In this document: positions 7,475 to 14,921 of the stretch, one piece after another
Layout of the letters: each line of letters begins with the position of its first letter
How positions within the stretch are numbered: the stretch's first letter is position 1
Assembly: GCF_018408575.1 (NCBI RefSeq)
Contig: NZ_AP023418.1
Coordinates: forward strand, 872,415 to 896,414
Direction: 5' to 3'
Length of the DNA stretch: 24,000 nt
Source of the DNA: Vescimonas coprocola
GTDB lineage: Bacteria > Bacillota > Clostridia > Oscillospirales > Oscillospiraceae
The notes under the pieces: generated by a model
The model's database searches: none
What the model saw: only the letters and a program-made list of their open reading frames with translations
Told to the model about the DNA's origin: nothing
Translations under genes and position numbers: made by a program

Positions 7475-7843
7475 ATGCTGCTGAACTGCGTATTCGTTGG
7501 TTTGGGCGGCGCAGCCGGTTCCATCTGCCGCTATCTGCTGGGGCTGCTGCCCCTGAAACCGGTCAGCGGCTTTCCGGCTATTACCCTGTGCATCAATATC
7601 GCAGGTGCCTTTGCGCTGGGCCTAATCGGGGCGCTGGCGGGGAAGTATGCCAAGCTGAACCCGCAGCTGCTTCTGTTCCTTCGGGTGGGGGTGTGCGGCG
7701 GCTTCACCACCTTCTCTACCTTTTCCGTGGAGACGGCAGGTCTGCTGCAAAGCGGAAAGACCGGCCTTGCGATGCTGTATACGGCGCTGAGCCTGCTGTT
7801 GGGCGTGACGGTGGTGCTGCTGGGGCAGCGGTTGGTGCGGTAA
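7475..7843 (+). CDS. crcB: Fluoride channel/exporter CrcB (FluC)
   Basis: FVGLGGAAGSICRYLLG, FPAITLCINIAGAFALGL and GVCGGFTTFSTFSVE signatures; 122 aa with 4 TM segments. Confidence 0.92.
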   Translation: MLLNCVFVGLGGAAGSICRYLLGLLPLKPVSGFPAITLCINIAGAFALGLIGALAGKYAKLNPQLLLFLRVGVCGGFTTFSTFSVETAGLLQSGKTGLAMLYTALSLLLGVTVVLLGQRLVR

Positions 7844-7866
7844 AGCGGCAAAGAAGAGACATATAC

Positions 7867-7902
7867 AAATGGCTCCTGACAAGCTGTCAGGAGCCATTTT
7901 TT
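7867..7902. terminator. Intrinsic terminator between crcB and tetR
   Basis: AAATGGCTCCTGAC-AAGCT-GTCAGGAGCCATTT plus T-tract (14-bp perfect stem). Confidence 0.9.
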
Positions 7903-7931
7903 GTTATTACGGGATGCCCGTTTCATTTCGA

Positions 7932-8522
7932 TCATCTTCCGGCAAAGGACTGCACACCGCTGTTGATGAACTGCCCGGCGAAGCGGGCTATTTCCTCCGG
8001 GGATTCTCTGGTGCCGTCCTGAAGCCAGCGCAGGGCCAGCATCAGATTTCCCGGCACGATGAAGGCGCAGAAGTAGTGGATCTTCTCCCGGTCGCCGGGA
8101 CATAGCAGGGACAGATACGCCTCGATGAAGTCATCCCGTAGGATGCGGCAGATGCGCTCTGTATAGGCCCGGTCACCGTAGCCCCCCAGCAGCACCTTGC
8201 ACAGGTCAGCGTTCTCCTGAATGAAGGCGTAGAGGTCCGTCAGGAAGGGGTAGCCGCCGGTCATGGAGTCCTTGGGATCGTGCCGCCGACAGAGCTCTGA
8301 CAGACGCTCCGCCATCTCATCCTCCAGATGCAGCAGCAGGTCGTTGACGTCCTTATAGTGGATATAGAAGGTGCTGCGGTTGATATCCGCCTGCTCCGCC
8401 AGCTCCCGGACCGAGATGCTCTTGGCGCTCTTCTGGGTCATCAGATGCATCAGCGCCAGCCGCAGCTGCTTCTTGGTCTTTTTTACCCGTCTGTCAATGG
8501 TCGTGCCATGCATAGTCAACAC
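7932..8522 (-). CDS. TetR/AcrR family transcriptional regulator
   Basis: TKKQLRLALMHLMTQKSAKSISVRELAEQADINRSTFYIHYKDVNDLLLHLEDEM is a classic TetR N-terminal HTH. Confidence 0.92.
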   Translation of the reverse strand: MLTMHGTTIDRRVKKTKKQLRLALMHLMTQKSAKSISVRELAEQADINRSTFYIHYKDVNDLLLHLEDEMAERLSELCRRHDPKDSMTGGYPFLTDLYAFIQENADLCKVLLGGYGDRAYTERICRILRDDFIEAYLSLLCPGDREKIHYFCAFIVPGNLMLALRWLQDGTRESPEEIARFAGQFINSGVQSFAGR

Positions 8523-8533
8523 CTCCGTATGCT

Positions 8534-8558
8534 GTAGAATAAATTAACTTTATTCTAC
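8534..8558. promoter_or_regulatory. Putative TetR-family operator
   Basis: Perfect IR GTAGAATAAA-TTAAC-TTTATTCTAC, 12 nt upstream of the tetR start codon. Confidence 0.7.
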
Positions 8559-8698
8559 CATATTCGTCCCTGAATAATCAACATTTTGTTGGATAAAAGA
8601 CAGAAAAATTTACATCTTCTTAAACCATATCCCTTCTAATGGGCCGTCCCGCCGCATATGCTGGGAGCAAAAGCTGATAGGATTCGGAGGAGAAGCAT

Positions 8699-10174
8699 AT
8701 GAATCGTTCCACATCCATGTATCAGGATATGGCATCCCGCACCGGCAGCAGCATCTATATCGGCGTGGTGGGGCCGGTCCGCACAGGAAAATCCACCTTC
8801 ATCAAACGGTTTATGGAGACGCAGGTGCTGCCCAATATTGAAAACGACTACCGACGGGAGCGGGCCAGAGACGAGTTGCCCCAGAGCGGCTCCGGCCGCA
8901 CCATTATGACCGCCGAGCCAAAGTTCGTACCAGAGGAGGCCGCAGAGGTGCGTCTGCCGGACGGCACCTCCTTCTCCGTGCGGCTCATCGACTGCGTGGG
9001 GTACATGGTTCCCGGTGCCGTGGGGCAGTTCGAGGATTTGGCGCCCCGGATGGTCATGACCCCGTGGTATGACCATGAGATCCCCATGACGGAGGCGGCG
9101 GAGCTGGGGACCCGGAAGGTCATCTGCGACCACTCCACCGTGGGCATCGTGGTCACCACCGACGGCAGCGTCACGGACATTCCCCGCAGCGACTATCTGG
9201 AGGCGGAGGAGCGGGTCATCCGGGAACTGCAGGAGCTGGGGAAGCCCTTTGTGGTGCTGGTGAACTCCCTGCATCCGGAGGAAGCCCGTCCGCTGGCGGA
9301 GGAATTACAGCAGAAATACAGTGTGCGGTGTCTTGCGGTGAACTGTCTGGAGCTGGGGGAAGGGGACCTGCAGGAGATTTTGCGGAGTCTACTGTATGAG
9401 TTCCCGGTGCAGGAATTGCAGCTGTTTTTCCCGGAATGGGTGGAGGCTCTGCCGCCGGAGCATCCCATCCCAGCAGGCCTTTATCATGCGGTGGGGCAGG
9501 AGGCCAGGCGGCTGGAGCACGTCCGGCAGCTGGAGGGCTGCATGGCAGCGCTGGAGCAGTCGGAGCAGATCCGATCCGTGATGCTGCGGCAGATGGATCT
9601 GGGGACCGGCGTGGGGCAGGTGGAGGTGCAGCTGCCCCGAAGCCTGTTCTACGATACGGTGAACCAGCAGACGGGGTTGAGCATCACCGACGACGGCGAT
9701 CTGATGGAGCAGCTGGTGACGTTGGCGGGCCTTCGGAAGGAGTATGACCGGGTGGCGCAGGCGGTGTCCAGTGCCCGCTCTACCGGCTATGGCGTGGTGA
9801 TGCCGTCGGTGGAGGAATTGGAGCTGGAGGACCCGGAGATCGTGCGGCAGGGAGGACGATACGGTGTGCGGATGCGGGCCAGCGCTCCGTCTATCCATAT
9901 GCTGCGGGCGGATGTGAGCACCACGGTGTCCCCCATTGTGGGGAACGAGAAGCAGTCGCAGGACATGGTAAACTATCTCCTACAGGAGTTCGAGGGGGAG
10001 CCGGGGAAGCTGTGGGAGTCCAACATCTTTGGCCGCAGCTTCCACGAGATCGTGGGGGAGGATTTGCAGGCGAAGCTAAAGCGGATGCCGGAGGATTCTC
10101 AGAAAAAGCTGCGGGAGGCGCTGGAACGCATCCTCAACGAGGGAAGCGGCGGTCTGATCTGCATCATTCTGTGA
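8699..10174 (+). CDS. spoIVA: Stage IV sporulation protein A (spore coat morphogenetic ATPase)
   Basis: MYQDMASRTGSSIYIGVVGPVRTGKSTFIKRFMETQVLPNI.., GQEARRLEHVRQLEGCMAAL and a conserved C-terminus; 491 aa. Confidence 0.97.
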   Translation: MNRSTSMYQDMASRTGSSIYIGVVGPVRTGKSTFIKRFMETQVLPNIENDYRRERARDELPQSGSGRTIMTAEPKFVPEEAAEVRLPDGTSFSVRLIDCVGYMVPGAVGQFEDLAPRMVMTPWYDHEIPMTEAAELGTRKVICDHSTVGIVVTTDGSVTDIPRSDYLEAEERVIRELQELGKPFVVLVNSLHPEEARPLAEELQQKYSVRCLAVNCLELGEGDLQEILRSLLYEFPVQELQLFFPEWVEALPPEHPIPAGLYHAVGQEARRLEHVRQLEGCMAALEQSEQIRSVMLRQMDLGTGVGQVEVQLPRSLFYDTVNQQTGLSITDDGDLMEQLVTLAGLRKEYDRVAQAVSSARSTGYGVVMPSVEELELEDPEIVRQGGRYGVRMRASAPSIHMLRADVSTTVSPIVGNEKQSQDMVNYLLQEFEGEPGKLWESNIFGRSFHEIVGEDLQAKLKRMPEDSQKKLREALERILNEGSGGLICIIL

Positions 10175-10185
10175 GGGGACGCATC

Positions 10186-10232
10186 CATAACGAAGAGAGG
10201 CAAGGCCGATGGCCTTGCCTCTCTTCGTTATG
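10186..10232. terminator. Long hairpin between convergent spoIVA and tusA-like gene
   Basis: CATAACGAAGAGAGGCAAGGCC-GAT-GGCCTTGCCTCTCTTCGTTATG, 22-bp perfect arms; no long T-tract. Confidence 0.75.
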
Positions 10233-10238
10233 GTATCC

Positions 10239-10439
10239 TTATTTGCGGAGAATCAGCAGATAGTCCTCGCCCTGCGGGGCGGAGGTGATTTGATAGCCGT
10301 TGTTTCCGGCGAAGCGGGTGATGTTGTCCACGGCGCAGGGATCGTCCACCAGGACCTGGATCTCGGCGGGGTTCTCCTTGGCGGCCTTCTGGACCATGAT
10401 CACCGGCATGGGGCAGAGCTGTCCACGGGCGTCGATCAT
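10239..10439 (-). CDS. TusA/SirA/YedF-like sulfurtransferase domain protein
   Basis: MIDARGQLCPMPVIMVQKAAKENPAEIQVLVDDPCAVDNITRFAGNNGY: the CPxP motif of the TusA family. Start overlaps the yedE stop (ATGA). Confidence 0.88.
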   Translation of the reverse strand: MIDARGQLCPMPVIMVQKAAKENPAEIQVLVDDPCAVDNITRFAGNNGYQITSAPQGEDYLLILRK

Positions 10440-11530
10440 GCCTTAGTCGCCTCCTTCCGGGAATTCAGCAGGGAGATGGCCAGCAACACCACAAAGCCGA
10501 TGACCACGGCCACCTTGCCGGCGTTGGCGATGCCGCCTACCACCAGCTCACCGGCATCATTGGTGCTGTCGGGATTGCCGGCCAGAGCGAAGTTATGGGC
10601 AAAGGCTGCGCCCACAATCATACCGAACACGGTGACGGCGCTGTCGCCGTTGCCGGAGCCGGCCAGAATCAGCTGACGCAGGGGGCAGCCACCCAGCAGC
10701 ACGCTGCCCCAGCCCACCAGAACCATGCCCAGCAGGTTCCACAGGTGGCTGCTATGGGCGATGGGCTGCAGGTCGAAGCCCAGCTTGAAGCTGCCCTGAA
10801 CCAGATTGCCGATGAGAACGGTGAGGAAGATGGCGATGAAGCCATGCAGCAGGTGATTGTCCTTCACCAGAATGGAATCACGGATGCCGCCCACCATGCA
10901 CAGGCGGGACTTCTGGGCCAGAGCGCCCACCACCAAAGCGATGAGCAGGGCGACGATGGCGGGGGCGTGCATGGAGCCGGGGCCTGCCTCGCTGGCGTGG
11001 AAGATGGCGGGGACTGCCAGCACCAGCACCAGCAGCACAAACATCACCACGGGAAGGGTGGTGCCCTCCACCAGCTTGGCGGGATAGGAGCGCTTGAGGC
11101 TGAAGCCACGCTTGAGGAACAGGATACCGATGACAATGCCGATGACGAAGCCGGCCAGACCAACCAGAGCATTCAGGTCGCCGCCACCCATACGCAGAAC
11201 CATCCGCAGGGGGCAGCCGAGAAACACCAGTGCGCCAATCATAACGAAGGCACCCAGCACGAACCGGGTGGCAGGGGAGGAACCGGCCTGCGGACGGAAC
11301 TCCTTACCGGCCAGAGCCATGATGAAGGCACCCAGCACTAGGCCGATGATCTCAGGGCGGACGTACTGCACCTTGGCAGCACTGTGCAGGCCCACGGCAC
11401 CGGCGATATCACGCTCGAAGCAGGCGATACAGAAGCCCATGTTAGCGGGGTTTCCCAGCTTGGTCAGCACCAGAGCCGCCACGCCCACCAGAACGCCGGC
11501 AATGATGACCAGCCAATTCTCTTTTTTCAT
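10436..11530 (-). CDS. yedE: YedE/YeeE family membrane transporter (putative selenium or sulfur-compound transporter)
   Basis: MKKENWLVIIAGVLVGVAALVLTKLGNPANMGFCIACFERDIAG.., FLGCPLRMVLRMGGGDLNAL, LLGGCPLRQLILAGSGNGDSAV motifs. Start trimmed from 11572. Confidence 0.88.
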   Translation of the reverse strand: MKKENWLVIIAGVLVGVAALVLTKLGNPANMGFCIACFERDIAGAVGLHSAAKVQYVRPEIIGLVLGAFIMALAGKEFRPQAGSSPATRFVLGAFVMIGALVFLGCPLRMVLRMGGGDLNALVGLAGFVIGIVIGILFLKRGFSLKRSYPAKLVEGTTLPVVMFVLLVLVLAVPAIFHASEAGPGSMHAPAIVALLIALVVGALAQKSRLCMVGGIRDSILVKDNHLLHGFIAIFLTVLIGNLVQGSFKLGFDLQPIAHSSHLWNLLGMVLVGWGSVLLGGCPLRQLILAGSGNGDSAVTVFGMIVGAAFAHNFALAGNPDSTNDAGELVVGGIANAGKVAVVIGFVVLLAISLLNSRKEATKA

Positions 11531-11616
11531 TACAAAACTCCTCTCTCTTTTAACATTTTGTTCATATATCATACGATAGAATACATTTTTTGTCCAACAA
11601 ATGGTTCCTATAGCAA

Positions 11617-11653
11617 AGAGCTGTTATCGAATCATTCGATAACAGCTCTTTTT
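11617..11653. terminator. Hairpin terminator downstream of lysR
   Basis: AAAGAGCTGTTATCGAAT-C-ATTCGATAACAGCTCTTT, 18-nt arms. Confidence 0.75.
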
Positions 11654-11668
11654 CGACTTTTGAATGGA

Positions 11669-12589
11669 TCAGAGATTCCGGCGAATGGCCATCTGGCGGC
11701 AGAAGCGGACAAAGGCCTGCTCCGACTGGGAGAGGATCGTCTCTCTGGGGTAGACCAGATAGATACTGCGGTGCAGCCCCTGCGGGTCCATGGGGAAGGT
11801 CAGCAGGCGGCCGTCATCTACCTCAGACGCCACAGAAAGGGCTGATAGCACCGAGACGCCTACGCCTTGGGCGGTCATACGCTTGATGGCCTCCGGGTCA
11901 TCCACTCTGGCCACGATGTGCAGGTCCTGATCGGCAAGGCCCATATTCCGCATATAGGACTGCACGGTGCGGTCCGTGCCGGAGCCCTCTTCACGGGCTA
12001 CCGTCGGCTCCCGCAGCAAATCACGGCCATAGACATTCTGCTTCTTCAAAGCCTGATAGTGAGGATTGTTGGCGGTACACATCACCAGATGATCCTCCAG
12101 CATGGGGAAGTAGGTCATGGAATCCGGCTCCAGCATAGCTCCCACGAAGCCCAACCGCACGGAGCCGCTGTGGAGCAGCTTGTGGATCTGGGCCGAGTCG
12201 CCCCGGCGCAGGTGGTAGCGGACGCCCGTAATCTGCTTCATATACTGAGCCAGCAGCTCCGGCAGCAGATACTGCGCCGGTACCGTGGAGGCTCCCAGCA
12301 GCAGGGGAAGGCCTGCGCCATCCTGATTCTGGAGGACCTCCTCCAATGCAGCGCAGTCCGCCAAGATTTTTTTGGCTGCCGGATAGACCCGCTCGCCCTC
12401 CGGTGTCAGCCGCACCCGGCGGCGTGCGTCACGGTCCAGCAGGCGGGTGGACAGAGCCGTCTCCAGTGCCGCCAGATGTGCGCTGACGGTGGACTGGCTG
12501 AGGAACAGGGCCTGCGCTGCCTGTGTAAAGCTCCCCAATTCCGCCACGGCCACGAATACCTGGATCTGTTTCAAGCTGAATTCGCTCAT
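11669..12589 (-). CDS. LysR-family transcriptional regulator (candidate selenium-metabolism-associated regulator)
   Basis: LKQIQVFVAVAELGSFTQAAQALFLSQSTVSAHLAALETALSTRLLDR is a LysR HTH; adjacent to yedE/tusA. Confidence 0.92.
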   Translation of the reverse strand: MSEFSLKQIQVFVAVAELGSFTQAAQALFLSQSTVSAHLAALETALSTRLLDRDARRRVRLTPEGERVYPAAKKILADCAALEEVLQNQDGAGLPLLLGASTVPAQYLLPELLAQYMKQITGVRYHLRRGDSAQIHKLLHSGSVRLGFVGAMLEPDSMTYFPMLEDHLVMCTANNPHYQALKKQNVYGRDLLREPTVAREEGSGTDRTVQSYMRNMGLADQDLHIVARVDDPEAIKRMTAQGVGVSVLSALSVASEVDDGRLLTFPMDPQGLHRSIYLVYPRETILSQSEQAFVRFCRQMAIRRNL

Positions 12590-12621
12590 GTCTGCCTCCT
12601 TGCTGCGTGATACTTATAGAA

Positions 12622-12650
12622 ATATAACACATTTTTCTATGTCTCGTCAA
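12622..12650 (-). promoter_or_regulatory. Sigma-A-type promoter of lysR
   Basis: Minus strand TTGACG (12650-12645), 17-nt spacer, TTATAT (12627-12622). Confidence 0.65.
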
Positions 12651-12696
12651 GTCGTGGGGCTCCGGCTGGCGAGTTTTGTAAAATCGCCGCCGACCG

Positions 12697-12725
12697 TTGC
12701 CAAGTCGGCTCGTGCGTGTTACAAT
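12697..12725 (+). promoter_or_regulatory. Sigma-A-type promoter of coaX
   Basis: TTGCCA (12697-12702), 17-nt spacer, TACAAT (12720-12725). Confidence 0.65.
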
Positions 12726-12760
12726 AGAAAAAACAATGATGAACAGGGAGGAGACTTGCC

Positions 12761-13531
12761 ATGCTGCTGGCGATCGACATCGGAAATTCCAACATATCTG
12801 TGGGGCTGTTTGACAAAGCGGGGAAACTCCTGTTTCTCTCCTCCATCGACACCGACAGCCGCAAAACGGCGGATCAGATCAGCATCGACCTGATGAATCT
12901 GTTTGCACTGTACCGCTATGATCTGAAGGACGTCACCGGTGCCATCTTTTCCAGCGTGGTGCCGCCTATCAACTTTATGATGACCAAAGCCCTGACCCGG
13001 CTGCTGGGCGAGCCACCCATGGTGGTGGGCCCCGGTGTCAAGACAGGGTTGAATATCCGCATGGAGGTCCACAACCAACTGGGGGCCGATCTGGTGGCCA
13101 ACGCCGTAGCGGCGCTGGAGAAGTACGCTCCGCCCATCATTATGATCGACATGGGGACGGCCACCACCATCTCCTATATCTCCGCCAAGCGCAGCTATGA
13201 GGGCGGCCTGATGTTTCCCGGCGTGCGGCTGAGTCTGGATGCGCTGTCCGACCACACGGCCCAACTGCCGGATATCTCCTTGCAGCATCCCAAACAGTTG
13301 ATTGGGAAAAATACAGAGGACTGTATGCGCTCCGGCATCGTCTACGGCACGGCGGGAATGCTGGACGGCATTATCGACCGCATCAGGGAGATGTTGCCGG
13401 GTGAGCAGCCCACCATTGTGGCCACCGGCAGTAATGCGCCGGTGATCGTACGGTATTGCCGCAACAAGGTGTATTATGACAAATATCTTCTGATGAACGG
13501 CCTGTGGGCCATCTATCAGAAGAATCACTGA
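12761..13531 (+). CDS. coaX: Type III pantothenate kinase
   Basis: MLLAIDIGNSNISVGLFD.., GADLVANAVAAL, IIMIDMGTATTISYI, GGLMFPGVRLSLDAL; 256 aa. Confidence 0.96.
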   Translation: MLLAIDIGNSNISVGLFDKAGKLLFLSSIDTDSRKTADQISIDLMNLFALYRYDLKDVTGAIFSSVVPPINFMMTKALTRLLGEPPMVVGPGVKTGLNIRMEVHNQLGADLVANAVAALEKYAPPIIMIDMGTATTISYISAKRSYEGGLMFPGVRLSLDALSDHTAQLPDISLQHPKQLIGKNTEDCMRSGIVYGTAGMLDGIIDRIREMLPGEQPTIVATGSNAPVIVRYCRNKVYYDKYLLMNGLWAIYQKNH

Positions 13532-13575
13532 ACCGCAAAAGTCTCCGCACATAGATGCGGAGACTTTTGCGGTTC
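13530..13575. terminator. Terminator of coaX, overlapping the stop codon
   Basis: GAACCGCAAAAGTCTCCGC-ACATAGAT-GCGGAGACTTTTGCGGTTC, 19-nt perfect arms. Confidence 0.75.
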
Positions 13576-13613
13576 CATCGGATCAGCACAGCAATGACGA
13601 GATGGATGACCGT

Positions 13614-13646
13614 ATTTCAATCCACGCATTCCATGAGGAGTGCGAC
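13614..13646 (-). repeat. Solitary type I-C-like CRISPR repeat (remnant)
   Basis: Minus strand: GTCGCACTCCTCATGGAATGCGTGGATTGAAAT (33 nt). It has the characteristic GTCGC start, an internal GCACTCC/GGAATGC palindrome and a GCGTGGATTGAAAT end. No second unit at spacer distance on either side and no cas genes in the window. Confidence 0.6.
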
Positions 13647-13750
13647 AATTTGTCCGGAGTGATGCGATTGTCAGAAGTGACCCGAGGTTATCCGGAGCCA
13701 ACACGAGCGCAGATGCCGCAAAACGGGGAAAAGCTTGTTTTCTCCTCTTC

Positions 13751-13780
13751 TCGATTGAACAAAATTTTTATTTTGTTCAA
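13751..13780. repeat. GATTGAACAA inverted repeat, copy 1
   Basis: GATTGAACAAAAT-TTTT-ATTTTGTTCAATC (13-bp perfect stem). Confidence 0.85.
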
Positions 13781-13859
13781 TCTCGCATATCGTCTCAAAG
13801 CCTCTCCTTCCTGCGGGTATCGGTGGCACCATGGTAGCAGACAAGCGGGAGCAAGTCAA

Positions 13860-13890
13860 GATTGAACAAAATAATTGTTATTGTTCAATC
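13860..13890. repeat. GATTGAACAA inverted repeat, copy 2
   Basis: GATTGAACAA-AATAATTGTTA-TTGTTCAATC (10-bp perfect stem). Confidence 0.85.
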
Positions 13891-13963
13891 CGTGCGGTTA
13901 ATGTGGCCTACGGGACTGGTGCGACTAAGCTGCCAGTTGCTTGACGATGACAACGTACAACGA

Positions 13964-14005
13964 AACCAGCGTGTGTGACTACTGTTCACACACGCTGGTT
14001 TTTCT
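13964..14005 (+). terminator. Strong intrinsic terminator with no upstream CDS
   Basis: AACCAGCGTGTGTGA-CTACTGT-TCACACACGCTGGTT followed by TTT (15-nt arms). The nearest + strand gene (coaX) already has its own terminator. Confidence 0.8.
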
Positions 14006-14073
14006 TACCGCGAAGAAGTCTGACCAGGACACCTCTTTTCAGAAGTCCCCTACCCTGCAACACGCAAGATAGC

Positions 14074-14103
14074 AAAAGCACCGGCCAAACGGTCGGTGCC
14101 TTT
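14074..14103. terminator. Possible second terminator-like hairpin
   Basis: GCACCGGCC-AAAC-GGTCGGTGC followed by CTTT. Confidence 0.5.
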
Positions 14104-14167
14104 ACGGTATTTCAATGCGAAAGGGTATTGAAATGCATGACTGAGCTTTGTTAATCCCCTGACAAAG

Positions 14168-14206
14168 ATTCACAGATTTACAGAAGTTGCAGGGGGTAAT
14201 ACTGAA
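14168..14206. repeat. Degenerate direct repeat, unit 1
   Basis: GATTCACAGATTTACAGAAGTTGCAGGGGGTAATACTGA. Confidence 0.6.
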
Positions 14207-14287
14207 CCCCCTGCCCTTGTGAGACATACACAAAACAACGGGAAAGAAATTGTGCAGTCTCACGAAGATTGTGAAATCGTAAACTAA

Positions 14288-14326
14288 GATTCTCAAATTC
14301 TCAGAGATTACAGGGGTAATACTAAG
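14288..14326. repeat. Degenerate direct repeat, unit 2
   Basis: GATTCTCAAATTCTCAGAGATTACAGGGGTAATACTAAG, starting 120 nt after unit 1. Confidence 0.6.
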
Positions 14327-14741
14327 TATATTATACCAGATAGGCGAAAAAGTGTCAACCAGAATTTTTCGAAAGTGCATTTACAAAAAACCGCAGTCCG
14401 CAGGAACCACGGCGGGGTCGGCTTCGGAGACGAGCGCCGCAAGCGGCGAAGCCTGAGGATTGCACCGGTGCAGCCGTTCCGATGCCCTGCTGCATGAACG
14501 CCGCAAGCGGCGCACGCAGTCGCAGGGCGAACGGCACCACCGGCACGATCCTCACCCGCCTGCCTACGAACTGCGGCAAAAATAAAAAAAGATTTTACCA
14601 TGGGTAAAAACAACGGGAAAGGCTATGGGGATAAGAAAGAACACGGGGAACCGCCCGCAAGGAGTACAGAGGTGCCTCAAAATAGCAGCAAACAGGGTCG
14701 GCAGCGTCTACCGAGGTGCGGCGGACTATCCTACTTGCACT

Positions 14742-14775
14742 GAGTTGAACAAAACATCATCCATTTTGTTCAATC
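14742..14775. repeat. GATTGAACAA inverted repeat, copy 3
   Basis: TTGAACAAAA (14745-14754) / TTTTGTTCAATC (14764-14775). Confidence 0.8.
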
Positions 14776-14875
14776 TTGTGTGCCGAAGAAAAGGATCCCC
14801 CGCTGGAGCCGAGATGCCGTTTTGCGTATCATAACAGGCGAACAAATGTTTGTCAAGTAAGTCATCATGTCGTGT

Positions 14876-14921
14876 GGCTCAATCAACCCCTCCCTCTTTA
14901 GCCGGAGGGGTTGATTGAGCC
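14876..14921. terminator. Long hairpin downstream of sigF
   Basis: GGCTCAATCAACCCCTCC-CTCTTTAGCC-GGAGGGGTTGATTGAGCC, 18-bp perfect arms without an obvious T-tract on either side. Confidence 0.55.

Noticed and set aside
7250-7475. Fluoride riboswitch (crcB motif) upstream of crcB
   Set aside because: I could not recognise the conserved riboswitch core, and the upstream region is disrupted by a gene fragment.
13576-13720. A real multi-unit CRISPR array around 13614
   Set aside because: Checked for repeat units 30-40 nt either side; only one unit is present.
13602-13865. 87-aa ORF starting MDDRISIHAFHEECDN
   Set aside because: Its N-terminus is translation of the CRISPR-like repeat (ISIHAFHEE) and it continues through an inverted repeat, so it is probably spurious.
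14102-14380. 92-aa minus-strand ORF over the direct repeats
   Set aside because: No RBS or family resemblance; overlaps repeats and hairpins.
14355-14579. 74-aa minus-strand ORF in the GC-rich block
   Set aside because: Low-complexity Arg/Ala/Pro translation driven by composition.
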